The notes: generated by a model not told the origin, from the letters alone. A stretch of DNA of 64,000 nt from an uncultured virus (IMG/VR IMGVR_UViG_3300033074_001078) (IMGVR_UViG_3300033074_001078); one strand, 5' to 3'; counted from the stretch's first letter, positions 26,798-37,701 are shown. Made by a program: numbers and translations.

Positions 26798-29700
26798 TTA
26801 GTTCTCGTTACCACCGCCGCCGCCACCGCCGCCACCGCCGCCACCGGCGTCATCGTAGTAATAGCCGCCGCCACCGCCGCCGCCGCCGCCGCCGCCCTGT
26901 ACGGTCGCTCCGGTGTTGATGTTGATGGTCATTGGCAAGCGGCAATAGATAGCGTCACCGCCGATACCCCCATTGCCGCCGACAGCACCTGAAGAACCGT
27001 TGCCACCTTTAGCTCCGCCACCGCGCACAATGCCGCCGCTCTTCACAGTCAGCGTGAGCGTGATGGTGTAGTTTGAAGTCGGCCATGTACCTGAGTCAAT
27101 AGCAATGCCACCATCAGGCGCGCCAGCAAGACCGGTGATTGTGATGCCACTTTCAACTTCAAACGTGATCGTCGCGTCTGAAGAGCCAGTGTAACCAGCG
27201 GCGTTCGCAACGTCGCGCAAGTTTACGCCGACTGATGAACTGCTCAGGTCGATAGTGGCGCTGAACGCTGAAGGAGGCGTTCCAGGCTCACCAGGGGTTC
27301 CCGGTGCAGCGATGACATCCCAATAAGCGTTCGCTTCAGCCGTACCGGTTGGGCCGGTTTCAGCAACGTGCGTGAGCGACGAGTAGCCTGTACCGCCTGT
27401 GAAGCTTTCGATGCCGGTTGCGAAGTAGTAGCCAAGGCCGACAACGCCATTGGCATCGACGCACTCGATGTAATCGACCTCCATTGTATGCGACACGCCG
27501 CTGGACATGCGGAACTGTATCTGCGTGATCGTGTTTGAAGTCCAGTCAGTACCGCCCGCCGTGAGCGCGCTCATGTCGAATTCAAGCTCGAACCATTCGT
27601 TCACGGCGTACGGATCAGGCTGAGCGGCTGATGCATAGTAGCTGTCACTAAAGCCGTGACCGCCCGTGACATAACGAATGCGACCCTGCCAAGCTGGCGT
27701 TCCTGTCGTGTAACGCGCACGCACACGGACTTTCGTGTAGGTCGCACCGGAAAGCGACAAGCCGCTTGGCGAACTGACGGCTGGTGGCGGAGTGTCATCC
27801 GCTGCGACAGCCTTCAGCACGTTTTGGGTTGAGTTCACTTTGCAGCGGTACGAGCCACCATTGAACGTGACCGCGTCATCGCGGTAGTAGGTATTCGCAG
27901 CGCTATGAGCACCGCGCCAGTTCGGGCTCGTCAACAGAGTCGGCGTTGACCATGTGTTAACCAACACACCGCCGCTCGTCTTCAAAGCAGTCGAAGCCCA
28001 AAGAGCAGCGGTTCCCGTTGGGAACGACGTGGTCCAACCAGCCGGTGAGTTCCCGCTTGGCTTCGCGGGCGGTCCAATGCTGCGCTTGTATCGAACTTCT
28101 TGCTTGGGTGCCGTGCCACCTGAAGGGCCGAACGCCAAGTCGCTCAGTTGACCACCGACCGTGTAGAACGATGAGTCGAAGTAAAGCCGCAGCGAAGTTG
28201 AAGCTGACGTGACAGTGCGCTTCAACACACCGTTGACGTAGTAGCCAATGGAGCCACCGTCATACACGATGCTGAAGATGTCATTCGCAGCATACGACTC
28301 AGGTGAACCGCCATTGTCATAGACCTTGACGCCGCTCTCCCAGATTTCCCACTTGGCATCTGTCTTAAGATAGAAGGCGAAATCAATCCCGGTGTAGTTC
28401 GCGTCCGTTGCTGGATCGCTGTTCAAACCAACGTAGATCGCCGCGTTGGATTGAATAGGCTTCACAGACATGAACGCGCCGCCAACGTAGCTCTCGTTGG
28501 AGTAGCCTTGCGCGTCCCAAGCGCCGGAGCCGCTTTGCTTCTTAAGGCCGCGCCCCGTCAGCGTCATGGTGCTGGTTTTCACAATCGAAAACAGGTTGCC
28601 GCCTGAGCGCTGGCGATAGACCGTCATGGTGTCAACCAGCGAGCCAAGCGTTGCCGTGATCGCAACGCTTTCGTTCGTGCCGAAGTCAGCTACCGCAAGC
28701 GCACGAGTGTCGCCGCTTCCGGTGAGCGTAACGGTTGGCGAAGAAGACCACACCACCGTTCCGCCCGCTGCGTTCTGGCGATCGACAGTGAAGTTGATAG
28801 TTTGCGCGGCCGGATTCGCCGAGTTATCAGGGTCGAACGTGAAGTTCTGGTTGTCAGCACGCAAGCTGATGGTCTGCGCGTTCACACCGAAGCGCGCCTT
28901 GGATATGGTGTAGGTGCGATCGATGAGGAAGCCACCGTAATTCGCACGGAACACCGCTTGGCCAAGGTCAGCTGACATGCTGGCAACGGTATAGACGCCG
29001 GTCGTAGCATTGATGCTGACGTCAACGCCGGTTTCACTCAACACACTGTAAGCGACGCTGTAGCCGGTCGTCACGTCGGTGATGCCGTTATAGACCTTGA
29101 ACGTGCCACCGGCTGAACTGAAGTCACCACCAGTGCCATCAGCGGCGGTTGGTACGACCATCGCCTCGTTCGTCAGGTAGCCATACTTCAGCGGCTTCAA
29201 GCCGTTCGTGCCAGTCGTAACGCCGGTGACAGTGACCCAATCGCCGACGACACCGAAGACCGTGGTATGGCGCATTCGCACGTCGTACGTCGTACCAGAC
29301 AGCGTTTCAAACGTGACTGACGTCGCGCCACTTTGCCCAATGGGAGCAACGATCCACTCAGAATCCGCCGCGCGTTTGTATTCAACGTCAGTGCGCTGGT
29401 GAATGTTCCCAGGTGCAGTCCAGCTTGCCTTGATGCCGTCGCGAATATCATCAGTCGCGCCGCCGCTGCCACCGGTGAGCGTCGCAGCGATAGCGGCTTG
29501 CCCTGTCACTGCCAGCTTGTCTTGAATACTAAAGCCGGGGTTGGTATTGTCAGTTAGCGAGTTGATCGTACCAGCGACCCAGATGTTAGCGTGAACTTCA
29601 CGCAACGTAAGAGCGATGATGCCTTCAGTCGAGACCTCATAACCAATGATGCGGAACTTCTTGTTCGTAAAGGCATAGCGCGGGAAGTTAACTTGGATGA

Positions 29701-31090
29701 TGTCCCATAGCTTTACGAGTAGCCCTTTCATGTTCACTGGTGAACGGAAGACTCCTTGGTAGCGTCCTTCATTCAGCAGGATGCGCGACAGCTTCTGCGC
29801 TTGGGCTGGATCTTGCACTGCACCGTAGGTGACAGATATCTGGCGCGCGAACCCGTCAATAGTTTCGTAAGACGCATCGGTGACGGTTGGAAAAGACTTC
29901 AGTTGGTAGAGCTTAGTCGGATCGACGAACTGGCCAGCAACAGAGTTGAACCGATCCTTAATTTCGTTAGCTGGAACCCATTCCACCTGACCCATGAAGT
30001 CATCAGGGCCAAACGTAGCTGACACGACAGCCGTATCGTCAACGCTGACGAAGAAGCTGTACCGACCACCAACGTCGAGGAGCTTTCCATAGCAGGCTTG
30101 CTCAATCATCTGGCGGTTGGTTTCGTGCGCGTCGCCGGTGCTGAGAATCAAGTCGCCTTCATAGCTTTGCGTGGCGCAATCATTCGCAGCCGTTATGAAG
30201 GACGCAAAGTCAATGTCATCTGGGTCCACACCCATGCCTGCAACCAGCGTCGTTCCAATCTTCCAGCCCAACAGATACCAGAGCATCTGCAGAGCGGGAT
30301 TGCGGCCGATGTCAGTTGAGCCGTCATTATACTGCCAAGTCGTTTGATCATCAGCCCTGTGCGATCCAGAGCCGCCGCGCGTGCTGTCCTTACGAGGGTC
30401 ATAGACAAGCGCTCCCTTGACGATTTGTGTGTAGCGCACCGGGAAGCCGCGCGGGAATTTACCAGTGTCGTAGGTATAACGAAGGATGAAATACGCGCAT
30501 CCTTTGAAGTAGTGATTGGTCGGATTCCAGTACGCTCCAGCCGCGCCCAAGGAGTAACCGACACCGGCTGCACCTTCTGTCACCGTGCGGCGCACGAGTA
30601 GGCTTCCGTATTGGCCGGTGTTGACACCAGTGCCAGCGTTGAAGTTGACAGCCTCTTCTTCGAGGTAGAGCTGCTCAAACGAATAGATCTTGTGTGTGGC
30701 AACAGCAATGACTTCGTCGTACTTCTTATTGTCAGTGCCGAACGTTTCCCAGTAACGCATGTCGTTACCGCCAACCGTTTGACCGAACACGATCTTGCGA
30801 AAGGCTTCAGGTTCAAGCGACTTGTTCAGGCGCTGCGTCGTTGCCGAGTTGATACTTGGTAGCTTGGGCTTAGTCAGCTCGCTTAATAGAACTGCGCCAA
30901 TACCAAAAGCCGCACCAGCAACCGCCGCAGCAAGCCAGACCGGAACGAACGTCATACCGGCTGACAACAGCACCGACGCGGCGATGTTCGTGAGCGTGGC
31001 AACGATACCGCCACCACCGATTGGACCAAGCACCACAATCGCAACGAAGATCGCCACGAATGTGAGAACTGTTTTGACAACCTTGCCCAT
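26798..31090 (-). CDS. tail tip / host-specificity protein (gpJ-like)
   Basis: 1430 aa after the NlpC-like gene; VKGALVYDPR, NPAL, FN3-like, lectin-like and Gly-rich regions. Confidence 0.85.
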   Translation of the reverse strand: MGKVVKTVLTFVAIFVAIVVLGPIGGGGIVATLTNIAASVLLSAGMTFVPVWLAAAVAGAAFGIGAVLLSELTKPKLPSINSATTQRLNKSLEPEAFRKIVFGQTVGGNDMRYWETFGTDNKKYDEVIAVATHKIYSFEQLYLEEEAVNFNAGTGVNTGQYGSLLVRRTVTEGAAGVGYSLGAAGAYWNPTNHYFKGCAYFILRYTYDTGKFPRGFPVRYTQIVKGALVYDPRKDSTRGGSGSHRADDQTTWQYNDGSTDIGRNPALQMLWYLLGWKIGTTLVAGMGVDPDDIDFASFITAANDCATQSYEGDLILSTGDAHETNRQMIEQACYGKLLDVGGRYSFFVSVDDTAVVSATFGPDDFMGQVEWVPANEIKDRFNSVAGQFVDPTKLYQLKSFPTVTDASYETIDGFARQISVTYGAVQDPAQAQKLSRILLNEGRYQGVFRSPVNMKGLLVKLWDIIQVNFPRYAFTNKKFRIIGYEVSTEGIIALTLREVHANIWVAGTINSLTDNTNPGFSIQDKLAVTGQAAIAATLTGGSGGATDDIRDGIKASWTAPGNIHQRTDVEYKRAADSEWIVAPIGQSGATSVTFETLSGTTYDVRMRHTTVFGVVGDWVTVTGVTTGTNGLKPLKYGYLTNEAMVVPTAADGTGGDFSSAGGTFKVYNGITDVTTGYSVAYSVLSETGVDVSINATTGVYTVASMSADLGQAVFRANYGGFLIDRTYTISKARFGVNAQTISLRADNQNFTFDPDNSANPAAQTINFTVDRQNAAGGTVVWSSSPTVTLTGSGDTRALAVADFGTNESVAITATLGSLVDTMTVYRQRSGGNLFSIVKTSTMTLTGRGLKKQSGSGAWDAQGYSNESYVGGAFMSVKPIQSNAAIYVGLNSDPATDANYTGIDFAFYLKTDAKWEIWESGVKVYDNGGSPESYAANDIFSIVYDGGSIGYYVNGVLKRTVTSASTSLRLYFDSSFYTVGGQLSDLAFGPSGGTAPKQEVRYKRSIGPPAKPSGNSPAGWTTSFPTGTAALWASTALKTSGGVLVNTWSTPTLLTSPNWRGAHSAANTYYRDDAVTFNGGSYRCKVNSTQNVLKAVAADDTPPPAVSSPSGLSLSGATYTKVRVRARYTTGTPAWQGRIRYVTGGHGFSDSYYASAAQPDPYAVNEWFELEFDMSALTAGGTDWTSNTITQIQFRMSSGVSHTMEVDYIECVDANGVVGLGYYFATGIESFTGGTGYSSLTHVAETGPTGTAEANAYWDVIAAPGTPGEPGTPPSAFSATIDLSSSSVGVNLRDVANAAGYTGSSDATITFEVESGITITGLAGAPDGGIAIDSGTWPTSNYTITLTLTVKSGGIVRGGGAKGGNGSSGAVGGNGGIGGDAIYCRLPMTININTGATVQGGGGGGGGGGGYYYDDAGGGGGGGGGGGGNEN

Positions 31091-31518
31091 TAGAACGGAA
31101 CCCTGAAGGCGTGCTTCACACCGAGTGTTGGTTCGCCAACCAAGCCCTCTTGCCCGAAGGCTTCACCTACGAAAAACGAAATAGAGCCGTAGCAGATTCC
31201 AAGCGTTGGCATATTGCTCGCGCGGTAAACCACGTCGCCGCGCCGTGCTTGGGCTGGATGAATCGGAGGACCAAGCGTGTCAACCGCCAATTGATACAGG
31301 CTCCCCGGTCCTTCGTCGCGTAGCTTTTGGGCGCACTCTTCACTTGACGCGTACTGCCCACGATACGGGGTAGCGTAATCAACGCCGGTCATCACGTGAA
31401 TGGCCTCAGCAGCCCAAAGAGCGCAGTCCCATTCGCCCCAAACGAACGGGCGATACTGGTTCGCTTCGATCAGCTTGTTCAGCTCTTGCTGCCAGTTTGG
31501 AATTCGTTTGAGCATCAA
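31090..31518 (-). CDS. NlpC/P60-like tail assembly protein
   Basis: PFVWGEWDCALWAA...ARRGDVV. Confidence 0.8.
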   Translation of the reverse strand: MMLKRIPNWQQELNKLIEANQYRPFVWGEWDCALWAAEAIHVMTGVDYATPYRGQYASSEECAQKLRDEGPGSLYQLAVDTLGPPIHPAQARRGDVVYRASNMPTLGICYGSISFFVGEAFGQEGLVGEPTLGVKHAFRVPF

Positions 31519-32174
31519 CCCGGCCTAAATGGAATACCAAAAGGACCAAATCCAGGGAACGGCAACCAGCTGAGTGGACCCTTTGGTGTTTCTTCACCAA
31601 TCGGCGGGTTACGGTTGGCAAGGTCGTGAATGTACGTCTGCGAAAGATCAGCAGGGTCAATTTCAATCTGCGTGATGTACCGCGTGCGCGTTGAACGGCT
31701 GATAAACGCTTGGTGTGATTCAATGGTCAGCAGAACAGACGCGCTTTCACCAGAGTCAACCAGCTTCAGCTGATTCATCAGCCCTGTTTTGATGCGCGTC
31801 GGATTTGCGACAATGCCATATGTCTCGTTCAGCATTCCAATCCAAATCCACGCGCGCCGCCCTTGCCAGCGGTAAGCGTTGTTGATGATTTGGTCAAGCA
31901 CCTCTTCGCCAATGTTTACACCAGCAAGCTTGATTGAAACCGCACCGCTGCCCGCGTTGTCTTCTTTGATCGCGCTGATTTCACCAAAGTTTGCGACGCC
32001 ATCAAAGGTATAACCGTCAAGCGCTGCATCACCGGTTCCAGCTCCAACGAACTGGCCACGACCAGTCCACGCATAGACAGGGTCTGTTTGAATGTCGAGC
32101 CGCACTATCCAAACCGGCTTGATCTGCGGCTTGATGACCTCAGCCTGCATTGACGCATGAAGCGAACGAACCAT
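31515..32174 (-). CDS. minor tail (hub) protein
   Basis: synteny between the Dit-like and NlpC-like genes. Confidence 0.65.
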   Translation of the reverse strand: MVRSLHASMQAEVIKPQIKPVWIVRLDIQTDPVYAWTGRGQFVGAGTGDAALDGYTFDGVANFGEISAIKEDNAGSGAVSIKLAGVNIGEEVLDQIINNAYRWQGRRAWIWIGMLNETYGIVANPTRIKTGLMNQLKLVDSGESASVLLTIESHQAFISRSTRTRYITQIEIDPADLSQTYIHDLANRNPPIGEETPKGPLSWLPFPGFGPFGIPFRPG

Positions 32175-32779
32175 TAGTAAGCCTCCACGCCTTCGAAGAC
32201 GAACTTGTAAAGTTCAGGTGGACTTATGTCCCATCCCATATCATCAGACAATGGAGCGACGATGCAATAAGGGTTAGTAATCGTCAGCGCCGCGTTATCA
32301 GCTGGCGAATAGCGAAGAGCCGGCTCAAAGTTGAGTGTGGCCTGACCGCTGCCATTGGTTGTCGCATCAGCAGTCATGCACTTCAGTTCGTTGTTCACCA
32401 TAAAGTAGTCGCCCTTCTTTAGGACGAGCGTGCTGTTGCTCCAACCGTCTGTGATGAGCGCTGTTCCCACTTGGTTCGCACCGTTCACTAAACCCGCCGC
32501 GCCGCCATAGCCTGAAGTCGGCGCTGTATAGTTGGGGATGTTGAACTTGAACGTACCGTAGCGACCGCGCAATTCCAATGCGAACACGCGCCAGTCAACA
32601 GCTTCGGGCGCATCAAGCTCAGGCAACGTGAACTGGATAGCCCAAGCAGCAAACGCCTGTTCACCGGCTTGCCGCTTACCAGTGAACGGCGAAGCCGCGA
32701 TCGTGGTGCTGCGAACCATGCGGATGCGCGCACTGATGATCGGTACGTTCGACGGCATGGTGAGAGGATAGGTTGGCAT
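32174..32779 (-). CDS. distal tail protein
   Basis: follows the tape measure; SPFTG, LRGRYGTF and FEPALR. Confidence 0.7.
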   Translation of the reverse strand: MPTYPLTMPSNVPIISARIRMVRSTTIAASPFTGKRQAGEQAFAAWAIQFTLPELDAPEAVDWRVFALELRGRYGTFKFNIPNYTAPTSGYGGAAGLVNGANQVGTALITDGWSNSTLVLKKGDYFMVNNELKCMTADATTNGSGQATLNFEPALRYSPADNAALTITNPYCIVAPLSDDMGWDISPPELYKFVFEGVEAY

Positions 32780-35319
32780 TAGAGCGTCCTACGCGTGAAT
32801 AGGTTCGTAGTGTCGGATGAAGCTGCTTCACGCGCTGCCTCGATGATAGCCGGGGCGGCTTCAAGCACTGCCTTACGCGCCATCTTCTCAACCTGACCGG
32901 GATCGTTCGAGCCGCGTGCATCGACGTTGACCACAATCGTTGGACCACCACCGCCGCCACTCATGGTCACCGGAATCGTACGCCCATCCGGGAGCGGAAC
33001 ATAAGCTTCCGGCTTGGAGCCTTCGCCAAACATTGCAAGCTGAGGCGACGACGCAATGCCGCCTGATGCGTAGCGTGTAAGCGCGAGGGGACCATTCGGT
33101 CCCATGATACCACCATTCTCAAAGAAGAAGCTGGCAATCGTAGCGAAGATACCTCCGCCACCGCTGCTCATGCCTCCAATCGAGGAGAACAGCGATGCAA
33201 TCATCTCTTGGATACCAGACTCGATGAAGTCTGCGACGATACCAAGGAACAATTCCTTAAAGTCTAGACGTCCGGTTCGCACGAAATCCTTAATGGCGCT
33301 TGACACCCTGTCAAATGCGCCTTGAAGGAAGCCATACACGTCTTCGCCGGTGACACGCGCCTGCTCGCGCATGTCGAGCATGAACAGCTCAACACCGGAG
33401 GCAATCGTGTCCTGCGATTGTAGATAGCTGCGGCGCTGGTCTTCAAGCGCGCGGTTGTAATCATCCAGGCTTATGCGGCCATCAGCAAGCAAAGCGTTCA
33501 GTGCGGCAAGCGCACGCTCGTAGTCTTCCTGCGGACCGAGGATGTCTTGCAGAATTTCATCTTGCTGACGCAAGGCTTGGTTACGGCGCAACAGACCTTC
33601 AAGCTGTTCTGACTCAGTAAGACTGAGCTCGCGCTTCAACGCATCTTCGGCCGCAAACAAATCAGCGCGGATCTCACGTTCGTCGTTGGTTAACGACAGC
33701 AACACACGCTCACGCTCAAGATCGTCAAGCAGGTCTTGGAAGCTGCGACCACCGCCGCCGCTCCCATCTGCGCCGCCCGCGCCGGTTGTGATGTTCTCGC
33801 CAGCTTCATCGCTGATACCAGCGCCAGCGCGTTGACGACGACGCTCTTCAGCGCGCACTGCGGCGCGCGCGGCTAATCCGGCGACATAGTCTTCAGCGCC
33901 GTTGAACTCAGGTACTGAGTTGAACGCATCAAGCACCGCTTGTGCCGCGCCTTCGGCTGCGGTTCTAAAGCGCGGGATGTTGATAAGCTGAAGGTCAACG
34001 CCTGGAAGACTGTTGATACCACGAATGATCCAGTTGATAGCGTCCTGCACATAGCCTAGAACACGATTAGCTGAGTTCGCAACAGCCTCAGCCCAAAGGT
34101 CGCCGAAGCGGTTGAAGATAACACGCCCCGCCGCAACCAAGCGTTGGAAGAAGGTGATAGTGCCATCGACGAACCGCGCGGCTGACATGAGCAGGTCTTC
34201 AAAGTTGATCTGCTCCATGTTCACTGCGAAGCCGCTGAAGAACGAGGCGACCCAACCGATAGCGTCCTGCAAGAAGCCGATGAAGTCATCAAAGACAACG
34301 CTGAGCACGTCACCAACCATGACGGCTTCATCAGCGCCGTATTGCATTTGATCGCTGAATGCAATGAACAGTGAAATGCCAACCGTGAGCGCGGTGAGCA
34401 GTGCGCCAAGCGGATTCGCGGCGATAGCAACCGTAAGAGCGCGCACACCGGCAATGACAGCCGTCAAGCCACGACCAGCAAGCTGAACGGCAAGAACACC
34501 GCCAAGCGCCAGCGCAACGCGCATGACCGTGTCCATGTTTGCAGCAAGCCCAAACAGAAGGTCCACCACACCCTGACCGGCGTCGAAGAACACCGTGCCG
34601 AAGGTCTGCTCAACCGAGTTTTGCAGCACCTGGAAGCCGTCGCTCACGGTGAAGATTGCATCGCCGAACTCTTGGGCAAGCAAGTCACGCGAGGCTGCAA
34701 AGGCATCGAACACCATTTCAGCACTGATACGGCCTTCCATACCCATCGCGCGCAATTCGCCGCGCGTAACGCCAAGGTGATCGGCGATGACGTCAGCCAC
34801 ACGCGGCAAGCCTTCAAGCACTGAGCGTAGTTCGTCGCCGCGAAGCGTACCGCTGGCCAGACCTTGGCTGATTTGGATGATGCCTGAATTGGCTTCCATT
34901 GTGGAAGCGCCACTCAACTTGATAGCTTGGTTAAGCGACTCTGTGAATTGCAGGGTTTCGCGCTGGGATCGGCCAAGATCTCGCGAGGCATTGGCTACGC
35001 GCGCATAGAGCTCGATCGTAGCCGTGCGGCTAGATGCCGTCCGTTGGGCAATGTTGTAGAGCTCGGTCTCAACCGCAATCAGCTCGCTCGTGCTATCCGT
35101 GACCGTGGTCAAGCGTGAGCGCGCGCTCGTGAACGCATCGGTGATCTGCTGAATGGCGCGTAGCGTGCCAATGATAGCGGTCGCAGTGAACGCCGCGCTG
35201 ATTGCGTTGCCGAGCTGTTGCCCTTGCCGTTCGGTAGCCGACAGCTCGCCGCGCACTTGGTTCATACCAGCGCGCGCACCACTTGGGTCAACCTTGACTC
35301 GAATGTTGAAATCAGTCAA
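32779..35319 (-). CDS. tape measure protein
   Basis: QISQGLASGTLRGDELRSVLE tape-measure domain; C-terminal GEGSKPEAYVPL. Confidence 0.92.
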   Translation of the reverse strand: MTDFNIRVKVDPSGARAGMNQVRGELSATERQGQQLGNAISAAFTATAIIGTLRAIQQITDAFTSARSRLTTVTDSTSELIAVETELYNIAQRTASSRTATIELYARVANASRDLGRSQRETLQFTESLNQAIKLSGASTMEANSGIIQISQGLASGTLRGDELRSVLEGLPRVADVIADHLGVTRGELRAMGMEGRISAEMVFDAFAASRDLLAQEFGDAIFTVSDGFQVLQNSVEQTFGTVFFDAGQGVVDLLFGLAANMDTVMRVALALGGVLAVQLAGRGLTAVIAGVRALTVAIAANPLGALLTALTVGISLFIAFSDQMQYGADEAVMVGDVLSVVFDDFIGFLQDAIGWVASFFSGFAVNMEQINFEDLLMSAARFVDGTITFFQRLVAAGRVIFNRFGDLWAEAVANSANRVLGYVQDAINWIIRGINSLPGVDLQLINIPRFRTAAEGAAQAVLDAFNSVPEFNGAEDYVAGLAARAAVRAEERRRQRAGAGISDEAGENITTGAGGADGSGGGGRSFQDLLDDLERERVLLSLTNDEREIRADLFAAEDALKRELSLTESEQLEGLLRRNQALRQQDEILQDILGPQEDYERALAALNALLADGRISLDDYNRALEDQRRSYLQSQDTIASGVELFMLDMREQARVTGEDVYGFLQGAFDRVSSAIKDFVRTGRLDFKELFLGIVADFIESGIQEMIASLFSSIGGMSSGGGGIFATIASFFFENGGIMGPNGPLALTRYASGGIASSPQLAMFGEGSKPEAYVPLPDGRTIPVTMSGGGGGPTIVVNVDARGSNDPGQVEKMARKAVLEAAPAIIEAAREAASSDTTNLFTRRTL

Positions 35320-35689
35320 CGGGCTTTTCCTCGGGTCGCACTGGCGCGGCTTCTGGTTTCGGTTTCTGGTTAGCTTTCCATTTCAAGTAAACCGCATCAA
35401 GCTCTGCAATGACATCCCATAGGATAAAACAGTTTTCCTCGTCTAGCCCAAAGCGAGCGCCATAATCCATGGTCCGGTCCCAAGGGATAGGACCAGCTGT
35501 CATTCCAAACGTGCGGCAAGTTCCCAGCGCACGAAAGGCTTGAAAGAAGAACTGCGCTCCGTCTGGAATCTCCGGCTTGTCGAGATACCAAGCCGGTAGA
35601 GGACGACCTTTGATTATGGCCGACTCTACCGAAAAGCCATCGCGCTCAAACCGGAGTTCCCACTCCAGTCGAAGCGCTAGGATTTTCCC
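35312..35689 (-). CDS. tail assembly chaperone -1 frameshift extension (gpT-like)
   Basis: the -1 frame after GGGAAAA is open (ILALRLEWEL...MTAGPIPWDR...) to the stop at 35312. Confidence 0.75.
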   Translation of the reverse strand, partial: GKILALRLEWELRFERDGFSVESAIIKGRPLPAWYLDKPEIPDGAQFFFQAFRALGTCRTFGMTAGPIPWDRTMDYGARFGLDEENCFILWDVIAELDAVYLKWKANQKPKPEAAPVRPEEKPVD

Positions 35690-36117
35690 AGGTCTTCACC
35701 GGTTGCCGCCGCCTTGTGTGCAGCACGGAAATTGTCAGGGTTCTCGGTGAACGCCTTGAGGTCCATAAACATGTCGCGCGGCAACGCATCCAAGAAGGCT
35801 TCGCAATTCTCGAGATTGAACTCGACCGCTTGGCCTTTCGCATCGAGCACGTTTTTCCAGCCGCGAACGACGTGCTTCGCCATGAGCTCACGGTCGTCGT
35901 CTTGGATTTCGCTGATCTTGGTGACGTCGATCTTTGCGCCAGCGCTGCGTCCCGCAAACTTGGACATCGCTTTCAGGCGCGCGTTGAAGTAAGCCTTGTT
36001 CGATTGCGTGGCGCTCACCACCAGCAACACCGGCTCTCCCTCAAGGTACGAAAGCGTGAACTCACGCTCGTAGTCTTGATCCACTTCTTGCTTCTTCAGA
36101 TTTGAAAAGTCAGGCAT
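35677..36117 (-). CDS. tail assembly chaperone (gpG-like)
   Basis: between tube and tape measure genes; ends LGKS with slippery GGGAAAA at 35683-35689. Confidence 0.82.
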   Translation of the reverse strand: MPDFSNLKKQEVDQDYEREFTLSYLEGEPVLLVVSATQSNKAYFNARLKAMSKFAGRSAGAKIDVTKISEIQDDDRELMAKHVVRGWKNVLDAKGQAVEFNLENCEAFLDALPRDMFMDLKAFTENPDNFRAAHKAAATGEDLGKS

Positions 36118-36213
36118 GTCGGCTCCGTCGGTCTCATCGGCCTAGAAGGAGTGAGCGGACGACAGGGCCGACTCTGTCGCCCGCTCGTACCCTCGGCAAG
36201 TTTGCGGTGAAGC

Positions 36214-37686
36214 TTACGATGCCGGAAGGTATGGGAACAACGACACCGAAGCGGACGTGTTGAGTGCGCTCGGATCGCCGAAGGCCATGCCGCGCAAGCT
36301 GATGAGCACCGACTCATTCAGCGGGAACGATTTGCTCCCTTCGCCTAGCGTGGCCGACGGCATGTCGATATAGAAGCCACCGTCATTGTTCCGCATGGCC
36401 AGATCGAGGCTGACCGTGGTGTTGTTCCGAATTGCAGAGATGACGGCCTCATCGGTGAACACCGCTTCAGCTTCAAAGCTGACGTCGAAGTTACCGAGAT
36501 TCATGTACTTCGCGCCGATTTGACCGATGATCTTTTCGGGGCTGACGTTGTTCTTCAAGCGAAGCGTAATGTTTTTGAAATCGGTCGTGATGCCGGTTTC
36601 ATCAATCTTAGCGATACGCATCCGCATGGCGTCGGCAGAAGTGTTGAACGCCTCAACACGGTACGGCGCAATCGCCGCCGCTGCGTTGGTGGCGCGCGTA
36701 TTGGTCGGAACCGGGGTATCGGTGCCGATAAAGCGATAACCGACCGTGGCCTTGTCTTGCAGCGGCAAGCGCAATTCGATTTCGTTGCAGTAGTTACCGG
36801 CCGGATACTCGTAGCGAGCCGTGTCGCCACTGCCAAGCGTCGGGAAGTTTGCTTCGAACGTAGCGCTGCGGAGCAAGTAGTCACCAGACGAGCGTGCCAC
36901 GTTACGCGTGAAGCGGCCGAAGAAGATTTGGATGGTCTTGGTTGCACCGGCGTCAGTCGTGAACGTGGCGGACTTCTTGTCCAGCGTCAACAGGTTGGCG
37001 GCGATAGTGCGGATGCGCGCCCAACCACGGTTCGCCGTGACAGCGAATTGCGTAGGAGCGGTTTCACCACCGATCCAGATGAACTGACCAACGGTCAGGC
37101 CGAGCGTAGTGAAGTTGAGCGAGGTGCTGGCAAGGTTGCCAGCGGCTGTCATGGTGATATCGCCTGACGCGCCTTGCACGCCTGCAATTTCCAAGATCGC
37201 ATTGGTCAAGCCGGTTTCAGCCGTCAAGCCAGACGTCTTGATTTCAGTACCTGTCGAAGACGCGCCAACCACCTTCAAGCCGTTGTTTCCGGCGATTGTG
37301 CAGTTACGCACTGCGATCAGCGTGTTCTGCGTGAGTGCGCCGTTGGCTGGAACCGTGAAGCCGGTAGCAGTGACAGCCGTCGGCAAGAACACCGGATTCG
37401 TCGGACCCTTATACGACGACATGATGAATGCGTCGATGAAGTCAATCCAGTGATCCATGGTGAGGTCGAGGTCAAGCTCAACCTTGGAATCAACGCCGGT
37501 GATCGTACCCTTGCGTTGCTGGCGTGACGTGCTGATCGGTTGCCGTGCAACCGTTGACATCATCGCGCCCCAACCAGGGATCGCGTTCGGTTCAACCTGT
37601 TTCCAGGCGGGTGAACCAGGAAGAACGCCTAGCGTCTGCTCCCAGGCAAACGCGATGGCGACATCATTTGTTAGAACGCGACCCAT
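36214..37686 (-). CDS. major tail tube protein
   Basis: 490 aa, Thr/Gly-rich; synteny. Confidence 0.8.
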   Translation of the reverse strand: MGRVLTNDVAIAFAWEQTLGVLPGSPAWKQVEPNAIPGWGAMMSTVARQPISTSRQQRKGTITGVDSKVELDLDLTMDHWIDFIDAFIMSSYKGPTNPVFLPTAVTATGFTVPANGALTQNTLIAVRNCTIAGNNGLKVVGASSTGTEIKTSGLTAETGLTNAILEIAGVQGASGDITMTAAGNLASTSLNFTTLGLTVGQFIWIGGETAPTQFAVTANRGWARIRTIAANLLTLDKKSATFTTDAGATKTIQIFFGRFTRNVARSSGDYLLRSATFEANFPTLGSGDTARYEYPAGNYCNEIELRLPLQDKATVGYRFIGTDTPVPTNTRATNAAAAIAPYRVEAFNTSADAMRMRIAKIDETGITTDFKNITLRLKNNVSPEKIIGQIGAKYMNLGNFDVSFEAEAVFTDEAVISAIRNNTTVSLDLAMRNNDGGFYIDMPSATLGEGSKSFPLNESVLISLRGMAFGDPSALNTSASVSLFPYLPAS

Positions 37687-37701
37687 CTAGGTTCACTCCA
37701 A

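Noticed and set aside
26475..26900. diversity-generating retroelement target
   Set aside because: no reverse transcriptase and no template repeat seen
36153..36186. terminator after the tail tube gene
   Set aside because: strong hairpin but no U-tract; more likely an mRNA stability element
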